Source of the DNA: Lama guanicoe
Taxonomy: Eukaryota
NCBI GenBank assembly: GCA_013239625.1
Contig: MU054122.1
Location: forward strand, 522,773-586,772
DNA: 64,000 nucleotides
Direction: 5' to 3'
A model generated the notes under the pieces. That model was not told the origin of the DNA. It was given only the letters and a program-made list of their open reading frames with translations, and made no database searches. Position numbers and translations under genes: made by a program. Positions 12,384 to 26,376 of the stretch are shown here, in pieces (positions within the stretch are counted from its first letter, which is position 1; each line of letters begins with the position of its first letter).

Positions 12384-14167
12384 GTAGGTGCTTCTGCCGC
12401 TCCCTGTCCACCCCTCGCCGGACTGCGAGCCCCCTCTGCCCGCTCTCCGCGTATGTTCTGGACCCCTGGGCCGGGCCGAGTTCTTTCCCTTTTCCTGAGG
12501 CTCTTTCTGTCAGAGTTCGGAGGAGGTTTGGGAGCTTGGCGCATCCTCTTGGAAAGAAATGGGACTGAGAGAGCCTGCGAAAGGGGCCTTGAGCTGGGGC
12601 TGTGGGTTCTGAAAGAACTGCTCAAAAGCTTGATGGAGCAGGCCGCGGAGGAACAGCTGGTGTAGCGTCTGGTGCCGGGACAGGGCTTCCTTCTGGGAGA
12701 AGAGCTGAGAGCTAGGGGGTATCAGCTAGCGTAGGTTGATAAGCCCTATAATAAAGTCTTCCCCAGGACAGACGTCAAACGTTTGGAACTAGGGGAATGT
12801 TTTAGTTTAGCCTCCTTAGAGGATTGTAAAATCTGTTTTATAACCGTTGAAGGGAGGAAAGAGCTTCTGGTGAAGGGTAGACTCTCAGAGATGTTGGGAG
12901 AGATGAAAAATGGAATACTTGGCAACAACCGAAACCTAGTTGCGGACCTGAGCCACGGGGCTGCCTTCCTTGGACTGGGTCTCAGTACTTTAAGAAGCGT
13001 GAAATGGACCTTGAGTCTGAAACGCCGATTTGTTCTGAACTTGAAATGTTTTTTTTCCCCCTGAATCACTGGTTTTAGGTACTGATCATACAAATTCAAC
13101 AGGTTAGCTTTGTGTTTATTTATTTTCTGGTCTGCGGCAGTAATTACAGGAGTTTGAGTTTTCAGGGAGAGAATTTTGGGGGTAATTTGAATGCATCGAG
13201 GGACTGACTACCTTGGCACACCAAATGTGAAATGAAAGCGAGTTGAATATCAAGGGCCATTGCTGTCGTAAAGAATACTGACAACCTTATGGAATTGCTT
13301 TTTATGTCTTTGTATGTTTTGATTATGAAAAATGGGTGTTGAATTTTGCTTTTTAACTCTTAACTTCCAGCATGCTACTGAAGCTTGAAGGTTTGAGTTA
13401 AATTAAGACAAGAAAAGTGTTCAATCCTATCTGTCATTGCCTGGCTCAGAGTGAAATCGTGGACAAGTTTCTTAAGCTCTTTGAGTGCCAATGTCCCTCA
13501 TCTTTAAAGAGAGGAAAATCACATTCTGTTTGTTCAATGAAATAATATGTGTAGAGGGCTGCCTACAGTGTCTCTATACAGTAGGCACCAACTAAATGAT
13601 AGATTTTTGTTGTTGTTCTGGTTTAAATGAATGTCCTGAATCTTAGCCATGGATGGAACTTTAGAGATCACCAGTAATATTTAATAAATAAATAATTGGA
13701 AAGTTACATTTTATTTAATAAGCACTTAGTGCACTATTTACAGGACACCACTCAGCGACTTAAGAGGTAGAGTGATGAGTAAGACATGGTTGATCTGAAG
13801 CAGTTTTATAACTTATTGCATTAATTTCCGGGGCAAATGCTCAAAATAAAACAGTTTCTTAATACCTGCTGCCTCTGTTTCCAGCACCTTGATCTAGTTT
13901 TCATGGTCGTGTAGAATTTAGCTTCCAACTACCCAGTCACCTTTATATCCTACTGCCTTTTGAACCTACATTTCCATTGAATTCAGATAAATTTCTTAAT
14001 GTCAAACCCTTTCCCAGTACCTACGCCACCCAGTTCAAGTGCAGGCTCCTTCTTGTCTTTATAGCTTTGCTTGTATTATTTCTTCTACTTTTCTACATGT
14101 CCACATGATTAAAAGGGCAACTCAGAATCCAACTCATACCTGAATCATTTCCTGATTACCCTAACCT

Positions 14168-14366
14168 AGTGTTCCCATTAGCGACACGACGACAGTTTGG
14201 ACCAGATAAATGTCTTTGTTATGGGAATCTGTCCTCTGCAATGTAGGGTGTTTAGCATCATCCCTGACCTCTCCCCACCCAAACACCAGTTATGATTTAA
14301 ACATTTCCAGACATAACCCAATGTACGCTGGGGGTACAAAACAGCTTCCAATTGAGAAACACTGCT
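14168..14366 (-). mobile_element. MER20-like hAT element
   Basis: ctgtcctctgcaatgtagggtgtttagcatcatccctgacctct...ttgagaaacactg. Confidence 0.7.
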
Positions 14367-14945
14367 CTAGCCCACTGTAATCTCCATCCTTTTCTGAAGT
14401 CCTGTAACACTTGTCCTTACCAGAGTATTTAGCATTAAAGATAGTTCTATCCTGTATTATGCTCCTTAATTCTTTTTATTGATTGCTACAGAGTAGGTAC
14501 TTAATACAAGTTTGTTAATCTGAGAATGTGTCAGTTGAGCCTGCTTGACAGTAAGCTTTCTTGAACATTGTTTTGCTACGGAAAAGCTTACTTTTTAAAG
14601 TTAGTCAGGTTTTAGTGTTTGAATCAATTCTCTCCTCATGATCCATGTATCAAAATATCATGAAAGGTTATCTAAGAAGACCTGCCAGAGACTCCCAGTA
14701 AATAATCCTTGGACAGAGTCCAACAGACTTTCATTTAAAATTTTCTACTAGTATAGCATATAGAATATAGTATGTAGAATACATTTTCCAATATTTCTTC
14801 TCACTTTGTCTATCAGTATGTCAGTGATATTAAAGCACTGCCACCAATTCACTTGATACATTTATCATTTAACATTAGCATATATTTGTACTTCTTTAAA
14901 ATTAAATGCCTTTAACTTTATTCATCAATAAACTAATAAACTCAA

Positions 14946-15780
14946 TTATCAAAGAAATGCAGATCAAAACTACAATGAGGTATCACCTCACACCAGTCAG
15001 AATGGCCATCATTCAAAAGTCCACAAATGATAAATGCTGAAGAGGCTGTGGAGAAAAGGGAACCCTTCTACACTGCTGGTGGGAATGCAGTTTGGTGCAG
15101 CTATTGTGGAAAACAGTAAGGAGATTCCTCAAAAGACTAGGAATAGACTTACCAAATGACCCAGTAATCCCACTATATCCAGAAGGAACCCTAATTCAAA
15201 AAGACACCAGTACCCCAATGTTCATAGTAGCACTATTTACAATAGCCAAGACATGGAAACAGCCTAAATGTCCATCAACAGATGACTGGATAAAGAAGTT
15301 GTGATATATTTATACAATGGAATATTATTCAGCCATAAAAAACACAATACAATGCCAATTGCAGCAATATGGATGTCCCTGGAGAATGTCATTCTAAGCG
15401 AAGTAAGCCAGAAAGAAGAAAAATACCATATGAGATTATTCATATGTGGAATCTTAAAAAAAAAAAAGAGAGACAAATGAACTTAAATATAAAACAGAAA
15501 CAGACTCATAGACATAGAATACAAACTTGTGGTTCCAATGGGGGAGGGGAGTAGGAAGGGACAGACTGGGAGTTCGAGATTTGTAGATACGACATGTATA
15601 TATAGAATAGATAAACAAGATTATACTGTATAGCACAGGGAAATATATACAAGATCTTGTGGTAGCTCACAGTGAATAAGAATATGAAAATGAATGTATA
15701 TTCATATATGACTGAAAAATTGTTCTCTACACCGGAAATTGACACAACATTGTTAACTGACTATAACCCAATTAAAAAAA
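14946..15780 (+). mobile_element. Relatively young 5'-truncated L1 (ORF2 C-terminus and 3' UTR), sense to STAM
   Basis: Track ORF 15092-15304 (TPMFIVALFTIAKTWKQPKCPSTDDWIKK) is L1 ORF2-like; A tail; candidate TSD AAACTCAA (14938-14945, 15781-15788). Confidence 0.92.
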
Positions 15781-16359
15781 AAACTCAAAAAGGTGAATCA
15801 GAAATTCACTGGCTGATTTATGCAACAAAACATTTCACATAAAGAGGTAAAATACTGGTGAAGAAATTCCTAAATGTGTAATTAGAATGTGAGCTCCAGA
15901 AGGACAGGGATTTTTGTTTGTTTTGTTCACCACTGCACCCCTAACGTGTAGACCAGCACTAATAAACATTCAGTAAACATTTACTGAATATATGGGTCTC
16001 ATTTTGGACATCATATGTCTTCCTAAGTTCAACTCTTGAATTATAAAGATAACTAATTCCATCAAGTTTTTATTTCAAAGTCCCTGGTGACTTCCATCTT
16101 GCCAAATCCGTTGGTCAATTCCTAGTCCATTTCTTTGTTGATCTCTTACATTCCTCTTTGATGTACTTTATTCATTTGGTTTCCAGGATACCAAACTTTT
16201 TCTAGTTTTCTGCTTAGCTCTTTTTTTAGTCTATCTGGCTTCTCCTTTTTGTGACTTTGGAATGTTGAACTGAGCCCCAGGCTTGGTTCTAGACCTTTTT
16301 TTCTTTTTTTTTTTTTTGTTTGATTTTTTTTTTTTTCTCCTTGGAGGCTTAGGAGGCAC

Positions 16360-16510
16360 TTTAGCTTAGTGTTAAGAATTCAGACTCTGGAGCTACATTC
16401 CCTGAATTCAGTCCCCAGGTTTGCTGCTTATCAGCAGTGTGACTTTGGGTTAGTTGCTTAGATACTCTGTGCCTCAGTTTCCTTATCTTTAATATGGGAT
16501 GTAGATATAA
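16360..16510 (+). mobile_element. MIR
   Basis: cagactctggagc...gtgtgactttggg...ctctgtgcctcagtttcctt. Confidence 0.75.
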
Positions 16511-18621
16511 TAATTATTATTGGTTTCTTCCCCAAACCTATTCATTCCTTCATCCTTGCCTGTTTGAGTAGATGGCACCAGTGATACTGTCACTCATCCC
16601 TAGTGTTTAGAGTCATCACTGAGTTGTCTTTTTCCTTTGCACTCCACATCCATACTGTCAGCAAGATCTTTTGGCTCTACTTAAAAACACATCCAGCATC
16701 CCGTCACTTCTCTGTACCTCCGTGCTGCTGTCTTACTCCAGTCATTGTCATCTCCTTTAGAGATGTCATTTGTCTCTCCACTCAGCTCCCATCCTTTCTC
16801 TTCTCACTGCCCCTTCTGTCAGTAGCCTCAAACTGTTAACCCTGCCTCCAGTCTGTCACCACTCATTTTCCAGGTGGCAGTGATATTTCTACAATGTGAA
16901 TGTAATCATACGACTCCTCTGATTAAAGTATTTCAGTGACTCTTCAGCTTTTCACCAGAATTGGAACGTTTCAGCCTGGCATCTAAGACCTTTCAGCATT
17001 TGGCTCCTTTTTGCCTGTCTGCCTCACCTCCCACTCTTTTCCTTGAGGTGTATTTCCTTGTTGGTTTTATACTACTGCTTTTTCAGGTGTGGATCCTCTG
17101 ACCTGACGTACTTTTCTCTTCATTGGTCTGCATTAAGGTTGTTTTAAGGAGATGATGCAGGTAAAGCACTTAGCCCAGTACCTGTCATATAGTATACGAT
17201 GGACACATCTTACCTCCTCTTAGGATATGGTTAGGCTTAGGTGTGGAGCCTTTGGAGACTGCTCAGGTTCTAAGGGATGGAATCAGCTACTGTGAAAACA
17301 TACTAAGGAGAAAAATGTGAAAATCCAGAATACAGATCTGTTAAAGGTCTGATACCCACTGGGTTAAGAAATTGTACTCATTGTTTCTTCTGTTCCTATT
17401 TTGTTTCTCCCGTTAGCTCATCTTTCTAATGGTTCTAGGTTTTCATTTCTATTTTGTGCTCTTTTCTGAGATCCTTTCATGCTGTTCCTTTGATGCTGAC
17501 GTCCTTCTCTGGGTAGAAGAGCTTCAGATTGCTCTTCCTATATAATTTCCAATGGTGAGGAGAGACTGGGATATTTGATGAAACATTTTTGAAAAATTGA
17601 TTCTGAAGTCTCCAAAAAAGGGTAATTTCTTTAGGACTTGCTTTCTCCAATGGCCATTTTTGATGCAGTGTTATATGTCCAAGCTGATTGAATGACAAGC
17701 TTTTTCCTGCAGCCTGAACATGATGGACAGTCATCCTGTTAGCATTTCTCACCTTCCCAAATCTTTGGCAGTCATAAATTTTGAGAAAATCAGCAGTAGC
17801 TATTTATGAGAAAAAAAGTTCTTCAATCCATTGAGAAGACCATTGAAATTTAAGTAAGGCTTAGTGTGGGATTTTTCTGGGTACTTCTAGGCAGATTTCT
17901 CAGCCTCTTCTTTTTGAGTATAAGGGTAAAGATAATCTGGGGATAAAATGAGATCATTATGAAGCTTTGAATTCTTTAGAAGCAAGTCTGTGTTATTTTT
18001 GCTTGTCACTTTTTCCTTTCCCACAAACAATGTTTTTGTCTTAGAAAATAAATAGTTTTGACTTTATTTGCTATTCACAAAACCATGTTGAACTGCTCCT
18101 GGTAGTTTATATTTTTCCGATTTTAAAAATATTTGTTGTAACTGAGAGGCACTGTGCTACCATTCTTGATTGTGAGATATCATCAGTAAATAACGTGAAC
18201 AATTTTAAATGGGATGCATTTCTGATCTGTGTACGTAAGTTTGTGTCAGATACTGATCGTGTTTATGCATAGGACAGTGTTTAGCATAAGTATCTGCTGA
18301 TGACTATAACCAGACACTGCTGGGTATGCCTTTATTGACATCATCTTTAGTTATGATAATAGGCAATTTATATTTGATCAGACATAAGCCTGTCATTTCT
18401 AGTTAACTATTAAGTTCTTAATAAGTTAAGTTTTAATAAGCTTAGATGTTTATTTTTAAATAAAGTGATAAGTTTTAAGATTTAAGTGTGTTCTTTTTAA
18501 AAAATGCACTAAGCTTTTAAAAAAGTCTGCTTGGCTACCAGTCAGTGAGGATGATGAATTAAATATTTAAATCCAGTACCGGATCAAAGTGATACTTGCT
18601 TTCTTTTTCTAAGATGAAGTA

Positions 18622-18913
18622 CAGTCATCCCTAATATCTGCAGGGGATTGGTTCCAAGCCCCCCATGGACACCAAAACTGCAGGTGTTCAAGTCCCTGAC
18701 AGAAAATGGCATCGTGTTTTCATATAATCTATGCATAACTCCCCATATGCTTTAAATCATCTCTAAATTACCTGTAAAACCTAATAAAATGTAAATGCTA
18801 TGTAAATATTATGTGAATGGTTGCCCATGTACAGCAGATTCAAGTTTTGTGTTCGGAACTTTCTGGCTTTTTTTTTTCTACTTTTGACCTGTAGACCCCG
18901 AATCCATGGACTG
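18622..18913 (+). mobile_element. MER2-like Tigger/TcMar MITE
   Basis: TA-CAGTC...GACTG-TA ends; internal ggggattggttcca, tgctttaaatcatctcta, aatgtaaatgctatgtaaata. Confidence 0.8.
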
Positions 18914-19089
18914 TAAATATTAGACTGGAGGATATTGTTTAGCAGGACTTCTTGGGCTTCAAAGGGATTGAGGGATGTATGAGGCAGGGATCTGGGACTC
19001 CTCAATTAGAGCAGTTCCACTAGGACTTGCTTTGTGTGTTGGATTTCTTTTAAGAAAAGTTTTTCTTATAAAAAGAAAGATTATTGAAT

Positions 19090-19790
19090 AGTAAAGAATT
19101 CTACAAGTCTTTGTCCCTGCTTTTTGGAAGGGAACCTCTAAATACTTGGAATTTCTTGAGTGATAGGAGTATCTTTCTTATTCATAGTGGGCTCCTGGGA
19201 CAATACCTTGGTTTACGCTAGTGAGATGACTCAGCTTAGGGGCTGGTCACTCCAGAAAGACTAGCCTTGGTTGTAGATGGTTGGGGCTTTGAGTCATGTG
19301 ATGTCAACTAAACCTCCAGAAAGGGGGAAGAGGCCTGGAAATTGAGTTCCAGGAGGTGGCCAGTCATTCAGTCAGTCATGCCTTCTTGATGAAACCCCAG
19401 TAAAAACTCCGGACAGCAAACCTCCGTTGAGCTTCCTGGTTGGTGATACACATTGTTGTGCCAGGAGGATGAGTCCTGAGGGCACAGACGCTTCACCTTT
19501 GAGAGCCTCCCAGGCCTAGTCCTGTGCATATCTCTTCATTGGCTGGTTGACATTTGTATCTTTTATAATAAAATTATAATAATAAGTGCTTTCCTGAGTT
19601 CTGTGAGTTGTTATAGTGACTTATTGAGCCTGAGGGGCTACTGGAAACCTCTAAATTTGTAGCCAGTTGGTCAGAAGTGCATGTGGCCCAGGAACCCCAG
19701 AGCTTGTTTCTTGTGTCTTAAGTGAGGTGAGACTTGCGAAGCCTGGGCTGACTCTGGGGTAGTTAGCATCAGAGTTACACTGTAGGGGGC
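19090..19790 (+). mobile_element. MER21-like ERV LTR
   Basis: cttggaatttcttgagtgataggagt, ttcctgagttctgtgag, tttgtagccagttggtcagaagt; AATAAA near 19567. Confidence 0.75.
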
Positions 19791-21305
19791 TTCTGCATTG
19801 AAAAGTGAAGTTTGAAAACTGCTGAAGTAGATGCTAGTCAAAGTCTGTGTTTCTATGACATTTATGGATTCATAGTGCAGTTACGTAATTAGACTTAGTA
19901 TTTATTGAACATTTAGGCTGCGAGCATGAATATTGAAAGAATTACCCAAAGTAGAAATTGTTATTTTCAAGGGATTTACAATTATGGAAGCTTCAACAGG
20001 TAAATTGGACTCAGTTATCCTCCTGGCCAGTGAGAACAAATTAAACAGCATTTCAAAATTAGTTTTTAAAGTAACCTATTTAGTTTCCAGACTAATGTTG
20101 AGTTTCTCATTATGTTTTCTTCTTTTCCCTCTTTGAAACCATTTTTGCGTATTGGCAATAGATTCATTTTTTTTCCAGAAGTCAAGCTCTGATCAGATTA
20201 TTTCCCTGCTCAGAATTTTCTTGGCTCTCTGATGTTTCTTGAATGAATAGAGATACCTCATTTTGTATTTTATGCCTTAGAGTACTTCCTGCCTTTCATA
20301 AAGTAGTCTCTATTTCAGGCAGTGTACATTCTTCTTTATACTTCTCTTCAGTTTTCATAACTTTACTGTCTCCACTTAAATTCTGTTCTCGTCTTAGTTT
20401 CTAAATATATCAAGAAGCCTTTCCTGATACTCCTTTTTTCTCCTCACAGGTCTTTTATCTTTTTTTCAGCTTGCTTCAGGCTTTGCATTTTTTTTTTTCT
20501 GTGACACTTTTTCTGTCGTGTATTCAGATCTCTATGTACCTGTTTCATTTTCTTTTTTAAGAGTCTGGTACTTCAGATAGAGCCTGTCATAGACTAGAAG
20601 CTTACTCCATTTTGTTGAATATCTATGCAGATTTTGTAATTTCCTGCAAATAAGTCACCTTACCAAGGTCTCAGATGTTTTGGACATTTGTGTTAATTCG
20701 AAAAGGAATTTGTTTGTATGAATAGCTCCTTTGTTAACTTCCATTTTAGAAAATGGTAAGGGGACTGGGCATAGGTACCCTGCCTACCACTACCCATTGG
20801 TTTTCACCCGCTGCTGTCTTTTTAGATATTTATTCTAGTCCTCCAGTGGCAGTGACTAACTGGTAGGTGTTGCTGTAACCCCGGGGTCGGGATGGGGTGA
20901 TATGGATCAGGTATTGTAAACCTACAAAGAATTTGGACAGAGTTGACTGCTTTCTATTTTCTGCTTTTGAACTGGCTATGACTGACCTCCATCTCTTGGT
21001 AGTAAGTCAGAATGGGGAAATGAGTGTTGCCTGTTGAACAAGTTGCCTGGGGCTTGGATGGGAATGGGGGAGCAGGAATTCTGTTGTCTCATCACCAAAA
21101 CCCATTATTAAAGATAGGAATCTTGATATGGATCAGGCTTCCCACCCCCAAACCATCTCAGGTTAAAAAATGGAAATGTTAGTGAGGATCTTGGTGATGC
21201 TGTCTGTCAGCATATCTGTTCTTGGAGTTACAGTGCTCCTGTCAATATAGGTTACCTTCTATTTTGATCTCTTTTTGTTTCAGAAGACAACAGTTACTTC
21301 TTTTT

Positions 21306-21434
21306 GGGGGAGAGGTAGTAATTAAGTTTATTTAGTTGTTTATTTTTTTGGTGTAGGTACTGGGGATTGAACTCAGGACCTTGTGCGTGCTAAGCATGCA
21401 CTCTGCCACTGAGCTACACCCTGCCTCCCCCCCC
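21306..21434 (-). mobile_element. tRNA-Ala-derived SINE (Vic-1-like)
   Basis: ggtactggggattgaactcaggaccttgtgcgtgctaagcatgcactctgccactgagctacacc; TSD CAGTTACTTCTTTTT / CAATTACTTCTTTTT. Confidence 0.88.
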
Positions 21435-21911
21435 CAATTACTTCTTTTTGAAGTGTTTTTCCTCTTACACAGGCTCTTGTTTCTTAGTTGCTCTCTTCCG
21501 TGTTGCATTTAACTTGCTAATATTTTGTTGAGGATTTTTGCATCTGTTTTCATGAGAGATACTGATTTGTAGCTTTCTTTTCTACTAATGACTTTGGCGT
21601 TAGTAATAGGGTTCTCATAGAACGAGTTTAGAATATTCCCTCTGCTTCTGTCTTCTGGATGAGCTGGTAGAGAATTGGTATAATTTCATCCTTAAATGTT
21701 TGGTGGAACTCACCATTAACCTGTCTGTGCCTGGTGCTTTCTGTTCTGGAAGGTTATTAATTACTCATTCAATTGCTTTAATAGATGCAGGCCTCTTCAG
21801 ATTGTCCATTTTTTTCTTGTTTGTGTTTTGGTAGATGTGTCTTTTGAGGACTTGGTTCATTTTATCTAGGTTATCAAAATTTGTGGGCATAGAGTTGTTC
21901 ATGATTTTATG

Positions 21912-22160
21912 TTTCTTTCCAACACCATCAAGCAGTTCTCCGATTTTCAGTGAACACTGCCTCGATGTCCCACATATGTATTTAGCCCAGTTCTGACCCT
22001 CTCTACCTACCTAGAGATAGTGTCAGATTCCACAGGCGAAGGGCTTAGTCCCAGAAGACTGCCCTCACTCCCCACTTCACGTGACAGTTCAGGATGTTAC
22101 CTGGGCTTCTGACTGACTGGCTATAATTTAAAGGCTCCCATGACCATCTCAGTATTATTA
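21912..22160 (-). mobile_element. ERV LTR fragment (MER21/MER77-like) inside the L1
   Basis: gtgtcagattccacaggcgaagggcttagtcccagaagactgccc...gcttctgactgactggctataa. Confidence 0.6.
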
Positions 22161-23529
22161 ACTCATGGTAACATTTATTTAATATCTTTTTTATGTCCGT
22201 GAAATCTGTAGTGAGTTCTCCTCTTTCATTTCTGATATTAATGATTTGTGTTTTCTCTCTCTCTCTCTCTTTTTTTTTTTTTTGTTAGCCTGCCTACCGA
22301 TTTTATTGGTCCTTCCAAACAACAAGCTTTTTGGTTGTACTGATTTTTCTCTAATTCTGTTTTCAATTTCATTGATTTTTATTCTAATTTTTTTATTCTC
22401 CTTTTTTTGAATTTAAGTTCCTCTTCTAGTTTCCTAAGGGGGAAGTTTATATTAGTGATTTTAGATCTTTTCTAAAGTATGTATTCAGATTTCCCATAAT
22501 TTTCTAACGTATGTATTCAGCACTGATATCAAATGCCTCCTACAAATTTTGATGGGTTGTACTTTCATTTTTGTTCAGTTCATAATATTTTAAAATTTCT
22601 CTTTTTTTTTTTCATCTGTGTGTTACTTGGAAGTGTGTTATTTGATCACATATTTTGGGATTTCCCATCTATCTCGTTAACAGTTTCTAGTTTAATTCCA
22701 CTGTAGCCTGTGAACAGACATGTTTGATTTCTAGTTTTTAAAATTTGTTGTGGTGTGCATTATAGCCCAGAATATGATCTGTTTTGGTGAATGTTCCATG
22801 TGAGCTTGATAAAAATGTGTTCTGCTATTTTTGGATGGAGTGGTCTACAGATTCCAATTATATCCAGTTCATTGATGGTGTTGTTGAGTTCAGCTCTGTC
22901 CTGACTGATTTTCTGCCTATTGGAACTGTCCATTTCTGAGAGAGACGTGTTGAAATCTCCAGTGTATTCATCTGTTTCTCTTTGCAATTCCAGTAATTTT
23001 TGTGTCAGTTATTTTGAGACTCTTGTAGTTAGGCACACATGTTAAGGATTGTTGTCTTCCGGAAGAATTGACCCCTTTACTATTATGTAATGCCTCTATC
23101 CCTGATAATTTTCCTTACTCCAAGATTGGCTCTGTCTGAAATTAGTATAGCTACTCTTACTTCCTTTTCATTACTGTTAGCGTGGTATATCTTCCTCCAT
23201 CCATTTGCTTTTAATCTATATGTGTCTTTAAAATCAGTTCTTATAGTTGACATATAATTGGATCTCATTTTTTGATCACTCTGGCAATCTGTGTATTTAG
23301 ACCATTAATATTTAAAGTGATTATTGATATTGTTGGATTAATATCTACCATATCTGTTACGGTTTTCTAGTTGTACCCTTCTTTGTTCCTGTTTTTTCTT
23401 ACACTTTTTCTCCTACCTTTTGTGGTTTAATTGAACATTTTATATGGTTCCATTTTCTCTCTTTTTTAGTGTATCAGTTATATAGATATTGCTACTTCCA
23501 GTGGTTGCCCTAGAGTTTATAATATACAT

Positions 23530-23650
23530 TTTTGGGGAGGGGTTAATTAGGTTGGTTGGTTTGTTTATTTTACTAGAGGTACTGGGGATTGAACCCAAGA
23601 CCTCATGCATGCTAAGCACATGCTCTACCACTGAACTATACCCTTGCCCA
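23530..23650 (-). mobile_element. tRNA-Ala-derived SINE (Vic-1-like)
   Basis: ggtactggggattgaacccaagacctcatgcatgctaagcacatgctctaccactgaactataccc. Confidence 0.88.
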
Positions 23651-26329
23651 CCTACAACTAGTCCAAGTACACTTTCAAATAACCTTCCACCACTTCCGTG
23701 GTAGTACAGTCACCTCTAATCGTAAAATATTCTTATTCCTAATTCTTCTCTCTTCTTCCTGGTGTCCTTGCTGTGATTCATTTCACTTATACACACACCT
23801 GCACACACCACACACACATACACATATATACATATTTCCTATATCTTCTCCCTGGAGAACTTTTAAAAACATTTCTTGCAAGGCCAGTCTACTGGCAGCA
23901 AATATCCTCAAATTTTTTTTTTTGAGAAGTCTTTATTTCTCCTTTCACAGAATATGTAATCCTAGATTGTTGGTTATATTTTTTCCTCGACACCATTTCA
24001 TTTCATTCTTTTCTTGCTTTCATGGTTTCTGAGATGTCATGTAATTGTTATGTTTACTACTGAATAGGTAGGGGTTTTTTTCTTCTGGCTCCTTTTTAAT
24101 TTTTCCTTTATCTTTGATCTTCTGCAGTTTGAATAACATATGCCAAGGTGTAGAGGGCTTTGGGATTTTTTTGTTTTTGGTTTTGTTCTTTTTTTTTTTT
24201 TTGACATGTATTATGCTTGGTGTTCTTGGAGCTTCCTGGACCTGTGGTTTGGTGTCTTAACATTAATTTGAGGAAATTCTGAATAATTTTTGCTTCAAAT
24301 ATTTCTTTCTTCTCTCTTTTTCTTTTCAGCTATTCCAATTATGCCTTTGTAACAACTCTTATACATTTCTTGGGTAATCTGTTCCAATTTTTTTTTCCCC
24401 AGTCATTTTTTTCTCCTTGCTTTTCAGTTTTGGAAGTTCCTATTAACATATCCTCATACTCAGAGATTCTTGCCTCAGCTGTGTCCAGACTGCTGACAAG
24501 CCCATCAGAGGCATTCATTTCTGTTATCTATTTTTGATCTCTGGTATTTTTTTTTATTATTTTTTAGAATTTGCATCTCTCTGCTTACATAGTTCTTTGG
24601 TTCTTGCATATTATCTACTTTTTCCATTAGCGTTCTTAGCATATCAATGATATCAATGATAGTTTTTAAAATTCCTGGTCTGATAATTTCAACATCCCTG
24701 GCACGTCTGAGTCTGGTTCCGATGCTAGCTCTGTCTCTTCCAACTGTGGTCTTTGCCTTTTGGTGTGGCTTGCTGAGAGATGCATATGATGTCTTGGATA
24801 AAAGGAACACCAGCCTTTAGTGGTGTGATGGTAAGTTATCTATAACCCCGTGACTGGGTCTCAGGCTTTCAGTGAGCCTCTGACCCTGGGGTGTGAATTT
24901 CTCATGAGCTTCTCAGTGTCCATCCCCCAGACTCTCTTAGGTGGGACAAGATGGCTAGAGTGGGCTAGAGTTGGATATTCCCCTTCTCCCACCTGGATGG
25001 CTAGAGCAGGCTGGAGTTGGGAATTTCCCTTTCCCCAGGTAAGTTAATCTCTGGTGAAACCCTAGTTGGTTAGGTGCTGGTAAAATAATTTCTTTTGAGA
25101 GTAGACCTTGTTAAGAAGAGAATGCTCTGGCATATTTAAAGATAGTTACTGTTTCCCTCCCAGTGGAAAAATAGGGAAAATTTTCTGTGGTATTCTTGAG
25201 AAACTGGGAGAGCCCATGGAAGTTAAACACACAGAAGTGTTGGGACTCCCCCATGTCTAGGCATCTCTGGAGTTGTGACTCAGACTTGTGCACATTTACC
25301 TCCAGCAGTTTGTCCGTTTCAGTACACAGTTTTGTACCCAGTACTTGTTCCTGGGTTTCTGCTCTGTTAAGTTGTGATTCTGTGTATCCACCTGTCTGTA
25401 TATCTAATTTTGAGGGCAGCAGTTTGCCCTGTGACCTCACTTCTGACGGATCTAAGAAGAGTTGTTGATTTTTCACTTTGTTTATTTAGCATTTTACTCG
25501 TTAGGGTGAAGTGATAACTTCCAAGCCCCTTACATGCTGCACTAGAAAATGGAAGTAATTCCCTGTTTTTGGTGCCTAAGTCTCAACTGTACGTGGTGTC
25601 TCCTTGTCTAGAAAAAATTTGCTTTACCTCTAGAAAGTAAACCATCACTCATTTGCTCAGAAGGTGAGAGATGGTTATTAGAGCCCTTGAGTAAGGAAGC
25701 AAAGTAGGGACTACCCACCTTTCAGACAGCATTAACCCCTTTTGCTACCTTGAAATCCTCTTTTCTACTTCATTCTCAATCACAGGCACTTTTTCTGCTA
25801 CCAGTGCTTGAATTTTCTGATGCTGGTTCTTAAGCTTTTTTTTCCTTAAGCTTCTTTTTTTTTTTTTCTTACTGCCAATATGTGATTCACCTTTCTTAGA
25901 TCTACTTTCTAAGTAGTTTGCAATGTATCTATATTGTCCTATAGCTTTTGAGATATTGTTGGTGTTATTGCTTCTTATGTTTTCCTTATCCTTGTGTGTT
26001 TGTCTTAAAAAAAATACCTTTATTGTAATTAAGAAAGGGAGCTAAATTAGATGATTTGGTTCAGTCTGCCATACCTCTGTTGTTTTGAACTTGTCAAGTT
26101 TTTATTTAAGGGAAAATGTTCAATTAAAGCTGGATTTGGTTTCCCCACCCCCCTTCTTAGAAACCAAAATCAACAAAACTAGATAATTAACTAATTTGAT
26201 TACCTGAAACATTTTGATAGAGATCTGTACTTAGTCATGTTCTTCTGCTGGCAACTAAAGCTAAGAATTATTTGACAAGGAAAATATTCCTTATTTTAAT
26301 CTTTGTATATGCAGAAAGGGATAGACCTC

Positions 26330-26376
26330 TGTGTGTGTGTGTGTGCGTTGGTGTGTTTGTGCATGTGTATGTGTAT
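26330..26376. repeat. Imperfect (TG)n microsatellite
   Basis: tgtgtgtgtgtgtgtgcgttggtgtgtttgtgcatgtgtatgtgtatg. Confidence 0.8.

Larger units (their letters stand above)
11480..12700. promoter_or_regulatory. CpG-island promoter of STAM
   Basis: Sharp rise in GC and CpG around exon 1. CCAAT at 11676-11680, TGACG half-CRE at 12031-12035, TTTTGGCGGGGC at 12058-12069, ETS-like TTCCGG at 12073-12078. Edges approximate. Confidence 0.85.
21500..25560 (-). mobile_element. Long antisense L1M (ORF2 endonuclease region, ORF1-like and 5' region) with nested elements
   Basis: Minus ORFs carry the L1 EN motifs GDFNTSLSEMD (22760-22987) and GWRKIYHAN...VAILISD (23083-23268); ORF1-like coiled coil at 24505-24810. 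Confidence 0.88.

Noticed and set aside
12030..12665. 211-aa + strand ORF and overlapping ORFs across the promoter and exon 1
   Set aside because: The 211-aa ORF has a non-ATG start and is out of frame with STAM. All run through a stop-poor CpG island with no recognisable domain, and the poly-Ala/Gly/Arg runs are just the GCC repeat.
24950..25036. About 46-bp tandem duplication; also a 17-bp duplication at 39778-39817
   Set aside because: Two-copy duplications inside old L1-like sequence, with no spacers or array structure; not CRISPR-like.
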